Below, piece after piece: positions 1-13,992 of a stretch of DNA of 64,000 nt (the first letter of the stretch is position 1; each line of letters begins with the position of its first letter). The notes below the pieces were generated by a model. That model was not told the origin of the DNA, made no database searches, and worked only from the letters and a program-made list of their open reading frames with translations. The stretch comes from Macrostomum lignano. Taxonomy: Eukaryota. The stretch covers positions 372,001 to 436,000 of the forward strand of contig NIVC01000221.1 of NCBI GenBank assembly GCA_002269645.1, in the 5' to 3' direction. The translations under genes were made by a program, and so were the position numbers.

Positions 1-270
1 GATGAGAGTGACATCTGGAGTGCCTGTGAGTGATGAGAGTGACAGCTGGACCTGTTGGATGAGAGATGAGAGTGACATCTGGAGTGCCTGTGAGTGATGA
101 GAGTGACAGCTGGACCTGTTGGATGAGAGATGAGAGTGACATCTGGAGTGCCTGTGAGTGATGAGAGTGACAGCTGGACCTGTTGGATGAGAGATGAGAG
201 TGACATCTGGAGTGCCTGTGAGTGATGAGAGTGACATCTGGAGTGCCTGAGTGATGAAAGTGACATCTGA
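1..270. repeat. 31-bp minisatellite (GATGAGAGTGACATCTGGAGTGCCTGTGAGT), array 1
   Basis: Direct tandem repetition with interspersed GACAGCTGGACCTGTTGGATGAGA variant units; runs off the window start. Confidence 0.95.
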
Positions 271-271
271 A

Positions 272-328
272 GTCGCGGACGCCGCCTTGGACAATTTCTA
301 CTGCGATGGCTGCCTGCTCAGCTGCTGA
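272..328 (+). pseudogene. 3' fragment of PHD-finger exon ([18 protein letters not shown]) fused directly to satellite
   Basis: Near-identical to the last third of the exon at 8059-8262; the 5' part is missing. Confidence 0.85.
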
Positions 329-1915
329 GGCCGCGGTTCACTCAGGCTGCAATTCTCACTGCATGCTGGGCCTTTTCGATACATATCGGCCCAGACTCAA
401 AGCCTGATTGCGTCTATTCTAATAGGCGAATGCGATTGCAATGTTAAATGTGCCATTTCTATCAATAATAATAATAATATCCTTTGCATACTACTGTCAG
501 GCATTCAGGCTGCATTTGCGATCTGCTTCATCCTCAGTTGAATGCTCTGTCGAAATGTTTCAATTGTTTTAAATAAACTGAAGGTGCTCAGTTTGAGTCT
601 TCAGAATCGACAAAAAACAGCATTTGCTGGCGTTGGCTGCATTTTTCTATTTGAAGCTGATGGAATGAGGTGACAGCTTTCAATAAATATGAGTAGAAGT
701 GTATGTTTAGAAAAACAGTAAATTTACCGCAGCTCTTGAATTGTACGCTGGTGGTACGTTGTACGCAGATATTTTCTGTGGCTATTTTTAGCTACCGTGT
801 ACGTATATGCACGAGCGAACGTCTTCCCCGGGATTCTCTGAATTCTTCTCTCCCCAGAATTTAAACAAGACAAACTCTCGAGTTACTACTGTTCAGGCTA
901 CCAGAAGATTTATATTCACAAATGGAGATTCTATTCCTCATTAGCCGTTTGTATTTGTTTTTTAGTTATAATATTAAATAATTAGTTTGCCACAGATAAT
1001 ATTATAAAATATGAAAATCAGCAGCTATCGGCCTGCGCATTAATTATTAATAAATAAGCAGAAGCAGAGAATCAAACAGAAGGGAGAAGCCTAAATCGCT
1101 CTGACGCATGCAGTCATCAGTCGCATGTCCTGAAACAACATTTGAAGCAACAGAAATCGATTTGAAGGCTGCCAATCAGTGACATCACTTGTGCTCATTC
1201 TATAATTCTATCTGAGCTCAATCAAGGCTGATAAACTGTTGCAGTACCTGAGCTTTTCATGCTAATTAAGATGAAAATGTGCATGTGATGTGTGCCAGTG
1301 TATCACAGCTGGCCTGTAGCAGCTCATGTGTTTATCACATTTTTCAAAATCAATAAGTTGCTTATTGAACTTTGTTTACCTGTGCCCAAGTAGATTAACT
1401 GATTCGATTCGGTTGAGCCGTGGGGTTTTCAGGCGGGGGAGTCGAGTTCACTGCTGCAAGTATTATGGATTTTAACGCAACATCAACAGAATATTAACTG
1501 AATATATGTATGACAAGTCAATATTTGAAGCAAATCACTGACATCTCATCTCATTTCATCTGTACAAATGTGTCAGTGTGAGTCACACACACATTGATTC
1601 ACACACTGAGATGCAGCTGCCATCGCTCAGCCAGCAGGTTGCGAAGGTCTCTGAAAAGCCGGATTTCAGAGAAAAATAATTTCAGCATGCAGTCAGGGCT
1701 GTCAAGCCTCACTAATGCTTGAGAATCACAGAAGCTCACAACCCACCTGCGAATCTGCCATGAGCTCTGCGTCCCAGGCCGCAACGATGGGGCTAGAGGT
1801 GGCTGTCGGGCTGCTGCTGAGCTGCTCGCTGACGTCTGCTGCTGGCATTGCTGGCCGCAACGATGGCTGATTTGCGATGTGTCGAGAGAGATCGAGCTGA
1901 ATGCTTAAGCTTAAG
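272..1915 (+). repeat. Segmentally duplicated PHD module (PHD exon end + 3' flank + downstream blocks)
   Basis: Collinear near-identical sequence at ~6270-7480, 8210-9790, 33075-34570 and 47900-49550; partial copies at 36990-37930 and 42500-43490. Confidence 0.9.
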
Positions 1916-2385
1916 TGTGTTGGATTAAATTAGCTTTATTAGCTTTATTAGAGCTAATTTCGCATATTAAATTAATCTGGATGATTAATTGCCACTGGTG
2001 AGGGCCATTGAACTGCGGGCTTTAAATTTAACGTTAAAAAATAATAAATATGAGTAGAAGTGTATGTTTAGAAAAACAGTAAATTTACCGCAGCTCTTGA
2101 ATTGTACGCTGGTGGTACGTTGTACGCAGATATTTTCTGTGGCTATTTTTAGCTACCGTGTACGTATATGCACGAGCGAACGTCTTCCCCGAATTTAACA
2201 AATTTACCAGTCTTCAGAACTGTGAGTTAAATTTCGCGTATGTAAATAAATAAATGTGAATCAAGATGGCTTCTAGCAGTGCTAAAAATAGAAAATTGTA
2301 CTGTTTTTCTATTTTCAAATCTTTTACATTGTAATGCTTGCTGTAATTCACTTATTCTAATATTCTATAAGCATTCTGAGTCCGA

Positions 2386-2422
2386 TGTTGTCCGGTGAAA
2401 TATCGGACAGGTGCTGTAATCA
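2386..2422 (-). mobile_element. Isolated putative mariner right-end/TIR motif (TGTCCGGTGAAATATCGGACAGGTGCTGTAA)
   Basis: The same motif directly abuts mariner C-terminal coding remnants at 12905, 30880, 35070, 38198, 49855 and 50255. Confidence 0.55.
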
Positions 2423-2428
2423 GGAATC

Positions 2429-2785
2429 CAGGGTGAGAGACAGGGGAGATACAGGGTGAGAGGGAGAGACAGGGTGAGAGGGAGAGACAGGGGAGATACA
2501 GGGTGAGAGGGAGAGACAGGGGAGATACAGGGTGAGAGGGAGAGACAGGGGAGATACAGGGGAGATAAAGGGTGAGAGGGAGAGACAGGGGAGATAAAGG
2601 GTGAGAGGGAGAGACAGAAGAGAGACATGGGAGATAAAGGGTGAGAGACAAGGTGAGAGACAGGGGAGATACAGGTGAGAGACAGGGTGAGAGGGAGAGA
2701 CAGGAGAGAGACAGGGGAGATACAGGTGAGAGGGAGAGACAGGGGAGATACAGGGTGAGAGGGAGAGACAGGGTGAGAGGGAGAG
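2429..2785. repeat. GA-rich ~29-31-bp minisatellite (GGGAGAGACAGGGGAGATACAGGGTGAGA)
   Basis: Direct tandem repeats; paralogous array at 43830-44337. Confidence 0.95.
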
Positions 2786-4837
2786 CTCTGAAAACTCACA
2801 GCTCCAAACTCACTGCACCCTGGTAATGCCACCGTCCCCCCATCTGAAATACTACTACTGCAAAAACACTTAGCGCGCTACTAACCGCAGTAGATAAACT
2901 CGGGTAAAACTCTTAAATTTTCGCGACGCTCATTAAATTGTACAGTTCTTCTGTCTTCAGAACATGTTAAGAGAATAAATGCAAAAGAACATTCGCATGT
3001 TTTCTTCTTTCTGAAGAATGTTTTTTTAATAAACTGAAGGTGCTCAGTTTGAGTCTTGAAAATCGACAAGGAAACAGCATTTGCTGGCGTTTTGCTGCGT
3101 TTTGTTATTTGAAACTGACGGAATGCGGTGACAGCTTTCTGTGAATATGAGTTCTTGCGGTAAGTAGTATGTTTAGAAATGCTTTAAATACAATGAAAGT
3201 CCTCAAACTCAGATTCAGACATAAACCAACAAGACAGGCCGTTGCTGTGTGCACCCTGAAAAATATGTACGCGTATGATAGGCCGGAAAAACCGTGGATT
3301 TGCCGCAGCTCTTCAATTGTACGCTCGTACGTGCTTGGCTATTTTCTGTGGCTATTTTTAGCTACCGAGTACAGTATATGTACGAGCGTACTCTCCCCCG
3401 GGGTTCTCCTAATTTTTCCCTCCTCAGAATTTAAACAAGAGGAAATTCTTGAGTTACTACTATTCAGGCTACCAGAGTAACAAGCGAAGATTTATATTCA
3501 CAAACGAAGTCTATCTCGCGTTACTGTGAAAATTAATTTTATTCCTCATTATCCCTTTAACTACATTTTTTTCGTTATAATATTGAATAATTAGTTTTCC
3601 ACAGATAGCATTATAAAATATGGAAATGAGCAGCTATCGGCCTGCACATTAAATATTTATAACAGGCAGAAGCAGAGAAGCAAAAAGAAGGGAGAGGCCA
3701 AATTGCTCTCTTCTGATGCATGCAGTCAACAGTCGCATGTGCTGAAACATTATTTGGAGCAACAGAAATCGATATGAAGGCTGCCAATCAGTGACATGTG
3801 CACCTTGCTTGTGCTCATTCTCCCAGTAAAAAAGGTTTGTCGGAATCCGATCGGAATTTCTACAGGAATTTGTCTCGTGCAATCCGATCGAAATGTGACG
3901 CTAATATCCGACTAAATTACGATTAGGTTGTATTTTTCCGAATTTGCTTTTGCTTCGGCTAGCTTGCATAAAAATAAACAAATCGGTTTTCAAAGTGCTT
4001 AGCAAAATAATATATTATTTAAAATATTATTCTGCCTGAAGAGTGAAGCACAATAATGATTGGCTACTTAATTTACTCAATGCATTGTATATTATGCAAT
4101 TATAAAGATTACAGTATGCAATTTCTGCAGAACACGTCAAGAGAGTAAAACTGTATTACATGTGGATGCAAGGAAACGTCGATAAACAGCATAATAACAA
4201 TAATGAAATATATACAGAAAATGAGTACGGAAAACGAATAAAAGGATACAGAAAACAAATACAAAATAATACAATATGATAGATGAAGAACACATGAATG
4301 CAAAAAGCTAGCTAGCTAGATAGATGTTGTGAACCAAACGGCTGCATTATCAGCACTTACAGCCAGAGTCAGCAGATGCTTTGTCATCACAGGTGGCGGC
4401 AGAGGCGCCATGTCAGCTCCTTCATTGTCGCGATTGCTTCCCCCACTGACACTCCACGATTGTTGGTCTGGCGCTCTTGCACCTTCAGACGCGATCGCAG
4501 AAGGTCTGGATGGCCTTTTGATGCAATCCAGAGAGAACTCGGAGGATAGGGTCCTGCATTGAGTAATTTAGAGAGTTGATGGCATGATCAGCAGACCAGT
4601 TGGGCACCTGCACTGTCATTAGACAGATTTGGAAATAAGAAATATAACAATAGTTGTCTTTAGGCAAGGCAAGAAAAAACTTAATTAGATATTCTTTACA
4701 ACTGGTATAAAAGTAATTGGAATGTACGAAAAGAATAAAAAACACAAAGAACACATACCCTTGAAGATCTCGCCAAAGTATGCATTGAAAGACAATTTGA
4801 CCTTTGATCCTTATCAGCCTGGACCTGTTGCTGGACC

Positions 4838-5525
4838 TGCTGGATGAGAGATGAGAGTGACATCTGGAGTGCCTGTGAGTGATGAGAGCGACATCTGGAG
4901 TGCCTGTGAGTGATGAGAGTGACATCTGGAGTGCCTGTGAGTGATGAGAGTGACATCTTGAGTGCTTGTGAGTGATGAGAGTGACATCTGGAGTGCTTGT
5001 GAGTGATGAGAGTGACAGTTGGAGTGCCTGTGAGTGGTGAGAGTGACATCTTGAGTGCTTGTAAGTGATGAGAGTGACATCTGGAGTGCCTGTGAGTGAT
5101 GAGAGTGACATCTGGAGTGCCTGTGAGTGATGAGAGTGACATCTTGAGTGCTTGTGAGTGATGAGAGTGACATCTGGAGTGCTTGTGAGTGATGAGAGTG
5201 ACAGTTGGAGTGCCTGTGAGTGATGAGAGTGACATCTTGAGTGCTTGTAAGTGATGAGAGTGACATCTGGAGTGCCTGTGAGTGATGAGAGTGACATCTG
5301 GAGTGCCTGTGAGTGATGAGAGTGACATCTTGAGTGCTTGTGAGTGATGAGAGTGTCATCTGGACTGCTTGTGAGTGATGAGAGTGACCTCTGGAGTGCT
5401 TGTCAGTGATGAGAGTGACAGCTGGACCTGTTGGATGAGAGATGAGAGTGACAGCTGGAGTGCCTGTGAGTGATGAGAGTGACAGCTGGAGTGCCTGTGA
5501 GCGATGAGAGTGACACCTGGAGTGC
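4838..5525. repeat. 31-bp minisatellite, array 2
   Basis: Tandem GAGTGATGAGAGTGACATCTGGAGTGCCTGT units. Confidence 0.95.
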
Positions 5526-5809
5526 ACACCTGGAGTGCGTACACATTATGTGACACCTAAAGCAACTGAGATTTACACCCTAAATGCCAGAAAGACACAG
5601 AGAGACACTCTGTGATACACAGTCACACAGAGTGCTGCAACTAGCTAGGGGCACACAAAGAGCCACAATTACCAGACTGACACATTAGGAATTTTAGGAG
5701 TGACTAAATTTTTTAGGAGTTGGGAGTTATGTTTTCTCCTTTAGGATTTTAGGAGCTAAGAGCGACACCCCCACACTAAACAGCTACCCGGAGTAACTTA
5801 AGTGATAAG

Positions 5810-6075
5810 AGTGCCACAGCTACCCAGAGTGACACACAGGGTGCCACAGCTACCCAGAGTAACACACAGTGACACAAAGTGACACACAGTGACACAGAGT
5901 GCCGCGCCTACCCAGAGTGACACCCAGAGTGACACACAGAGTGCCACAGCTACCCAGAGTGACACACAGAGAGACACTCTGTGACACACAGAGTGACACA
6001 CAGAGTGTCACACAGAGGGACATCTAGAGTGACAAGTAGAGGGACACCCAGAGTGACACACAGAGTGACACCACA
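5810..6075. repeat. GTGACACACAGA / GAGTGCCACAGCTACCCAGAGTGACACACA (12/30-bp) minisatellite upstream of PHD exon
   Basis: Tandem units; the same array precedes most PHD copies (7745-8025, 13595-13850, 32680-32900, 47515-47705) and also occurs at 27570-28225. Confidence 0.9.
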
Positions 6076-6111
6076 GCACCAACCAACCGCAGTCGCCGCT
6101 CCCCACCACAG

Positions 6112-6322
<211 letters not shown>

Positions 6323-8058
6323 TCACGCAGATATTTTCTGTGGCTTTTTTAGCTACCTTGTGCATGCACGAGCGAACGATGCTGGTTCTCTTAATTCATT
6401 TTTCTCCAGAATTTAAACAAGACAAATTCTCGCAAGTTACTACTGTTCAGGCTACCACCAGATTTATATTCACAAATGAAGATTCTATTCCTCATTAGCC
6501 GTTTGTATTTGTTTTTTTAGTTATAATATTGAATAATTAGTTTGCCACAGATAACATTATAAAATATGAAAATCAGCAGCTATCGGCCTGCGCATTAATT
6601 ATTAATAAATAAGCAGAAGCAGAGAATCAAACAGAAGGGAGAAGCCTAAATCGCTCTGACGCATGCAGTCATCAGTCGCATGTCCTGAAACAACATTTGA
6701 AGCAACAGAAATCGATTTGAAGGCTGCCAATCAGTGACATCACTTGTGCTCATTCTATAATTCTATCTGAGCTCAATCAAGCCTGATAAACTGTAGCAGT
6801 ACCTGGGCTTTTCATGTTAATTAAGATGAAAATGTGCATGTGATGTGTGCCAGTGTATCACAGCTGTCCTGTAGCAGCTCATGTGTTTATCACATTTTTC
6901 AAAACCAATAAGTTGCTTATTGAACTTTGTTTACCTGTGCCCAAGTAGATTAACTGATTCGATTCGGTTGAGCCGTGGGGTTTTCAGGCGGGGGAGTCGA
7001 GTTCACTGCTGCAGTATTATGGATTTTAACGCAACATCAACAGAATATTAACTGAATATAATATGTATGACAAGTCAATATTTGAAGCAAATCACTGACA
7101 TCTCATCTCATTTCATCTGTACAAACGTGTCAGTGTGAGTCACACTGATTTACACACTGAGATGCAGCTGCCATCGCTCAGCCGCCATCAGGTTGCGAAG
7201 GCGTCTCTGAAAAGCCGGAGAAGGAATTTCAGCATGCAGTCAGGGCTGTCAGGCCTCAGTACTAATGTTTAAGCAATAAGCAATCACAGAAGCTCAAAAC
7301 TCACGTGCGAATCTGCCAGAGACCGGCATGAGCTCTGCGTCCCACGCTGTAACGATGGGGCTGCACGTGACTCTCGGGCTGCTGCTGAGCTGCTCGCTGA
7401 CATCGTCTGCTGATGGCATTGCTGGGCTTCTGGACTCGGAGTCTGATGGCATGGCTGATTTGAGATGTGCCAAGAGATCGATCTGTAATATAGAACTGCC
7501 AAATGCGTGAGCATATATATTTATACGTGGTGTGTTAAGCAAGACACACACACCTGGAATTCTCAACAATTCTCGACATGACGAGATACATTCTGATCTG
7601 TTCTGCACTTTAAATGTACACAATTAACTGTTAAACGATAAACTGTTAATTGTGTTAGTTAACAGTGTACGATTGCACTCTTAGCTAGAAGACGAATATG
7701 TACGATAATTTCTTGTACAATGATCTTGACACTTGAATCTTGACACTCAGTCACACAGAGTGCTGCAACTACCAAGGGACACACAAAGAGCTACAATTAC
7801 CAGAGTGACACACTAAACAGCTACTCGGAGTGACTTACTTCCCTTCACTTAAGTGATAAGAGTGCCGCAGCTACCCAGAGTGACACACAGAGTGCCGCAG
7901 CAACCCAGAGTGACACACAGAGTGCAGCAACTACCTAGAGTGACACACAGAGTGACACCCAGAGTGACACACAGAGTAACACACAGAGTGACAAACAGAG
8001 TGACCACAGAGTGACACCACAGCACCAACCAACCGCAGTCGTCGCTCCCCCCCCCCAC

Positions 8059-8271
<213 letters not shown>

Positions 8272-10507
8272 TCACTCAGGCTGCAATTCGCACTGCATGC
8301 TGGGTCTTTTCGATACATATCGGCCCGGACTCAAAGCCTGATTGCGTCTATTCTAATAGGCGAATGCGATTGCAATGTTAAATGTGCCATTTCTATCAAT
8401 AATAATAATAATATCCTTTGCATACTACTGTCAGGCATTCAGACTGCATTTGCGATCTGCTTCATTCTCAGTTGAATGCTCTGTCGAAATGTTTTAATTG
8501 TTTTAAATAAACTGAAGGTGCTCAGTTTGAGTCTTCAGAATCGACAAAAACAGCATTTGCTGGCGTTGGCTGCATTTGCTATTTGAAATTGATGGAATGA
8601 GGTGACTGTTTCAATAAATATGAGTAGCAGTGAGTAGTATGTTTGGAAAAACGGTGGATTTATCGCAGCTCTTGAATTGTACGCTGGTGGTACGTTGTAC
8701 GCAGATATTTTCTGTGGCTATTTTTAGCTATCGTGTACGCATATGCACGAGCGAACGTCTCCCTCGGGGTTCTCTTATTCATATTATTCAGATTTATATT
8801 CACAAATGGGATTCTATTCCTCATTAGCCGTTTGTATTTGTTTTTTTAGTTATAATATTGAATAATTAGTTTGCCACGGATAATAATATAAAATATGAAA
8901 ATCAGCACTTATCGGCCTGCGCATTAATTATTAATAAATTCTGCTTCTGCCTAGAGAAAGCTAAATCGCTCTCTTCTGACGCATGCAGTCATCAGTCGCA
9001 TGTCCTGAAACAACATTTGGAGCAACAGAAATCGATTTGAAGGCTGCCAATCAGTGACGTCACTTGTGCTCATTCTATAATTCTATCTGAGCTCAATCAA
9101 GGCTGATAAACTGTAGCAGCACCTGAGCTTTTCATGTTAATTAAGATGAAAATGTGCATGTGATGTGTGCCAGTGTATCACAGCTGTCCTGTAGCAGCTC
9201 ATGTGTTTATCACATTTTTCAAAACCAATAAGTTGCTTATTGAACTTTGTTTACCTGTGCCCAAGTAGATTAACTGATTCGATTCGGTTGAGCCGTGGGG
9301 TTTTCGGGCGGTGGGAGTCGAGTTCACTGCTGCAGTATTATGGATTTTAACGCAACATCAACAGAATATTAACTGAATATAATATGTATGACAAGTCAAT
9401 ATTTGAAGCAAATGACTGACATCTCATCTCATTTCATCTGTACAAACGTGTCAGTGTGAGTCACATTGATTTACACACTAAGATGCAGCTGCCATCGCTC
9501 AGCCGCCATCAGGTTGCGAAGGTCTCTGAAAAGCCGGAGAAAGAATTTCAGCATGCAGTCAGGGCTGTCAGGCCTCAGTAACTAATGTTTATGCAATAAG
9601 CAGTCACAGAAGCTCAAAACCCACCTGCGAATCTGCCAGAGACCGGCATGAGCTCTGCGTCCCACGCCGTAACGATGGGGCTGCACGTGACTGTCGGGCT
9701 GCTGCTGAGCTGCTCGCTGACATCATCCGCTGCTGGCATTGCTGGGCTTCTGGACTCGGAGTCTGATGGCATGGCTGATTTGAGATGTGCCAAGAGATCG
9801 ATCTGCCAAATATAGAACTGCCAAATGCGTGAGCATATATATTTATACGTGGTGTGTTAAGCAAGACACACACACCTGGAATTCTCAACAATTCTCGACA
9901 TGACGAGATACATTCTGATCTGTTCTGCACGTTAAATGTACACAATTAAATGTTAAACGTTTATCGAGTGTTTAATACTGTTAATGACAAGATACTGTTA
10001 ATCTATTAACACTCTATTAACACAATCAATCTATAATCTATTAACATCGATTAACACGATCTCTTAAGTTTAGAGAAAGCTATTTTTAGAAATTCTCGTG
10101 GCGGTCGTTTGTTCGGTCTTCTGGACAAACTGTTGTGTTCTATAGAACTCATTCAACTGCCAAAACCTACTTCACAGCTGATGAGAATCACTTTAAAACT
10201 CGAGAATATGCACACAAAGTACAGAGTTGTCCGGTGAAAAATCGGACAGGTGCCGTAACTCGGGTTTTCAGGTGCGAGCCTCGCACTCAATTGGGCGTTT
10301 GGATGTAGGTCGTAGGGTGAGGGGCAGGGAGAGAGACAGGTTGGATGCAGGGTTAGCCCAATGAGAGGGGCCAAATTGATACTGATTGGACACCCACAAC
10401 ACCTTCAATAAAGCAATAAAACACGGCACCATCAACTCACAGTACCATCAGCAGTTGCCATCAACTCTATAATGTACATGGCTTCTTTGGCCCTCGAGGA
10501 TATATAG

Positions 10508-10715
10508 CTGCAGCTGGCTCTACTCTCTCTTCAGCAAGCTCTACTCTCTCTTCAGCAAGCTCTACTCTCTCTTCAGCAAGCTCTACTCTCTCTTCAGCAA
10601 GCTCTACTCTCTCTGCAGCTAGCTCTACTCTCTCTTCAGCAAGCTCTACTCTCTCTGCAGCAAGCTCTACTCTCTCTTCAGCTGGCTCTACTCTCCCCAC
10701 AGCTGCCTCTACTCT
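10508..10715. repeat. 21-bp minisatellite (CTCTACTCTCTCTTCAGCAAG)
   Basis: About 9 tandem units; minus strand reads (ERVELAE)n. Confidence 0.9.
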
Positions 10716-11598
10716 TTCTGCATCTCACTCCCTCCAACTCTGCCAATTTCATTTAACTTTTTATAGCAGGGGATTGAAACAAACACGGCAGCCACTCATT
10801 GCTGAAGGTCGGGCTTTTCCGATACGCTCGTATGCTAGAGAGTCACAAAAGAGTATATTTTATTAATTCGTCACAAAGGCTCACAAAATAGCGACAGCAG
10901 GTGATGGAAGATAGCAAATAACTTGAGTACATTTTGGCATGTGAGCAGCTTGAGGGTTGGGCGGAGTGTAAAAGTGGTGGGGAAGAGAAAACAGAGAGTT
11001 GTTAACGTCTGTGGTGAGGATAAGCAAAGTTAGGCTCAAAAATTAAAAAAAGTTCATGGGTGCATCCGGCACTCAGTCACGGGCGGAATGGAAGCAGTCA
11101 CAGCCTGTGTCTGCGGGATATGCATAACAGGTCTGAGATAAATAACGTGAAAATTGAAAAAATCGAGACAGCATGCGAGAAAAGTTGAGCAAATCTTTTC
11201 TAAAATTTGAGCAGCTCAGATAAATATTTTGGCATTGTTAAAGTAACGAATTTCAATGTTTTATCAGAGCTGTGAGGAATCTCCTGTCTGCTAGAAAATC
11301 CTTAGTTTTGGGTTTCAAGGCCTGAAAAAATTACGTCGCGGTCCTTTAGATGTCAGTCAAATCCTTTTTCCAATCCCCAATCCTTTTTTATAAATTGTGT
11401 TATCATGAGCTGTGGTGGAGAATAGGGATCATGAGCTGTGATGGAGTGCGGAAAAGTTTACGCTTCTCCAGGCTCTGGGATGGTTGGTTTTTTGCTCCTG
11501 GGTATTGCTACGAACTCGTGCATGCTTGTTGCCAGCAAAAAAGTTTAGCCAAGGATCAGTTCGAAGGGATATGACTCATCTTGCATTCACTCTGCATC

Positions 11599-12363
11599 TC
11601 ACAGCAGGACCGCCCGAGTGGCGAACGAGCTCCCATCAGGCAGGTCGCGCAGCTGGTCCAGGCCGATCCCAGCCGGCGCCACAAACTCAATCGACTCCCG
11701 ATCTCCAGCAGTCCCGGGTCTCCCCAGCATCCGCAGCTGATCGGTCGGAAGTCGGTCCGGAAGCAGAGTCGCTGAGATCCGTTCCGGAAGCTGCCAGCGG
11801 CCGTCCGGAGGAAAAACGTCGACCCGGACAGCCGACCGGAACGGCCACCGCAGAGTTCGGTCATGCGGCGTCGGTCGCAGCCGCAGCCGGAAGCGAAACT
11901 CGGCGCCAGTCGGAGACTCGAGCAGGCGGGCCTGGATGTCCAGGCCGTAGCCGAACTCCTGCGTGCGGCAGCTGTGCCAGCCGGGGTCCTCAGCCACCAG
12001 GTCCGGGGTGCTCAGCTCCCACACGGAGATCACGCGCTCATTGTGAGTCTCCTCGAGATGACGCAGCCTCTGCTTGAGTTCTTCGATTTCAAGCTGGTTT
12101 TGATCAATCTCTTGTCTTTGGAGACGGATTTCCAGCTGGTTTTGATCAATCTCTTGTTGGTTTTGCTCGCACTTCTGCTCCAAGTGAGCGACTCGGTCTT
12201 GAAGACTGCGCAGTCTTTCTTTTATCAAACGCAGGTGCTCATGCCTGTCCTCTGAGGACTTGTAGTGCCGACTCTCTGACTGCCTGCTGCTGGTCACAAA
12301 TTCGCAGCCGATCTCGTAGAAGTCGCAGCGGTACTCCCCTGCCGGCGTCTGAGCGGATGTCAT
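11599..12363 (-). CDS. TRAF-like protein (partial TRAF-type Zn finger, coiled coil, divergent MATH/TRAF-C domain), 254 aa
   Basis: YRCDFYEIGCEF...H...H resembles the last TRAF zinc finger; heptad-rich LRSLQDRVAHLEQ...IEELKQRLRHLEE; GYGLDIQARL and HDRTLRWPF resemble TRAF-domain GYKxCxR and DxxLxWPF motifs; open frame in non-repetitive GC-rich sequence. Confidence 0.7.
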   Translation of the reverse strand: MTSAQTPAGEYRCDFYEIGCEFVTSSRQSESRHYKSSEDRHEHLRLIKERLRSLQDRVAHLEQKCEQNQQEIDQNQLEIRLQRQEIDQNQLEIEELKQRLRHLEETHNERVISVWELSTPDLVAEDPGWHSCRTQEFGYGLDIQARLLESPTGAEFRFRLRLRPTPHDRTLRWPFRSAVRVDVFPPDGRWQLPERISATLLPDRLPTDQLRMLGRPGTAGDRESIEFVAPAGIGLDQLRDLPDGSSFATRAVLL

Positions 12364-12904
12364 AGTTGTTAGAGTTAGATTAAGATAAAAAAACTAGCCT
12401 GTGTTGGCACACTGGATAATTCCGCTTGTGTGTTTTGCTTAAATATATGCGTGTGTCACGTCATGCATTTATGCTCTCTATCATTTAGAGATGCGAATAA
12501 TGTGTGTAATTCGCATTCTTTTCGCATTCTATTCGAATATTCGCATAGAATTTATTCGAGCGCTACCTCTATTGCAGACACTTCGAAGCATACTACCTTC
12601 TCGAGATCTCGAGAAAGAAAGAAATTCTTTCCCCTCCCTCCAATGTGCCATAAAATGCGCATGATGATGGTGGTACCTAGTGAAATCCTAGGTACAAGGT
12701 ACAAGGTACTAGATGGTACCTAGGTACAAGGTACCTGCAGCCGACGTTCTAATTTTTAGGGGAGCTATTTTTAGAAATTCTCGTGGCGGGCGTTTGTTCG
12801 GTCTTCTGGACAAACTGTTGTGTTCTAAAGAACTCATTCAACTGCCAAAACCTACTTCACAGCTTATGAGAATCACTTTAAAACTCGAGAATTTGCACAC
12901 AAAG

Positions 12905-13075
12905 TACAGAGCTGTCAGGTGAAAAATCGGACAGGTGCCGTAACTCAGGAAACAAAGAAGCAACCAGAACAAACAGCACAGTCGTTTTTAAACACAGTCG
13001 CCACCCTTCTCAGTGCTGCGCTGCCACCTCACCTGCCACTTGTTGAAGGCCTCAGCGTACAGGTTTGCGGCCAAC
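12905..13075 (-). mobile_element. Mariner right-end remnant (TIR-like motif + 3' UTR + transposase C-terminus)
   Basis: Minus strand encodes ANLYAEAFNKWQVRWQRSTEKGGD, matching the C-terminus of the transposase at 57675-57763; TA|CAGAG...GTGAAAAATCGGACAGG at the outer edge. Confidence 0.75.
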
Positions 13076-13879
13076 TGAAGTGGAATTCAAGTAGAAGTCA
13101 CCCAAAATTTTTGAGAAGCCTGTCAGAAACCAGAAGCCCCTCTTTGCTGGCCTTGAACTTGGCGTAGAGTGGAGTTCGAAGAAATGACTCTTCGTTGTTT
13201 CTTCGTTGTAATTCGTTGCCAAGGCACCAAAAGAATGTGTGTAATAATAATTATACCTAATGCAGATATGTGTGAATATTGAAGTATATCTTCTGTGTAA
13301 AAATAATAATTTGAATTCGAATAAAAGTACAAATAAGCCACTGAAGAGAAGTTGAAACTTTTGTGCTTGCATTTGCAATGTTAGTCGCATTTTGTGCGCA
13401 TATTGTACATGCATTGCGTGTTTTACTTACACAAATCACTAAATCATTATCGCTTTGCGCTTGTTGAGAATCCACCCCCCTAGTTATCAGAATTCATATT
13501 TATTATCGCGTATAACGTGCTGCGATTTCTCTTCCCTTGAATCATCCTGCCCCTCCGCCCAGTTTCCCAGTCCAGCTGGATTGACCAGCAACACCTGGAG
13601 TGACCAGCAACTACTCAGAGTGACATACAGAGTGCCGCAACTACCCAAATTGACACACAGAGTGCCACAGCTACCCAGAGTGACAAAGTGACACACAGAC
13701 TGCCAAAGCACCCAGAGTGACACACAGAGTGCCACAGCTACCCAGAGTGAAACATAGAGTGACACACAGAGTGACACCCAGAATGACACACAGAGTGCCA
13801 CAGCTACCCAGAGTGACACAGATTGACACACAGAGTGACACCGCAGCACCAACCAACCGCAGTCGCCGCTCCCCCATAG

Positions 13880-13990
13880 GACGTCGCCCCAGTGCTCAGC
13901 CTGTGAGCAGCCGATCCCCACCTGCCAGCAGGGCGGTCAGCAGCCGCAGCTCCACATCCGCTGTCTGGAATGCGGCAGCCGCTTCCACGT
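13880..13990 (+). pseudogene. PHD exon copy truncated after RFH by the 27-bp satellite
   Basis: Matches the first half of 8059-8262, then switches abruptly to GAATTCATCCAGCACTCC repeats. Confidence 0.85.
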
Positions 13991-13992
13991 CT

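Noticed and set aside
10178-10206. Second hammerhead candidate CTGATGAG...CTCGAGA
   Set aside because: Lacks GAAA and stems I/III; paralogous copies read CTTATGA (12864) or CTGATTA (30835, 38155)
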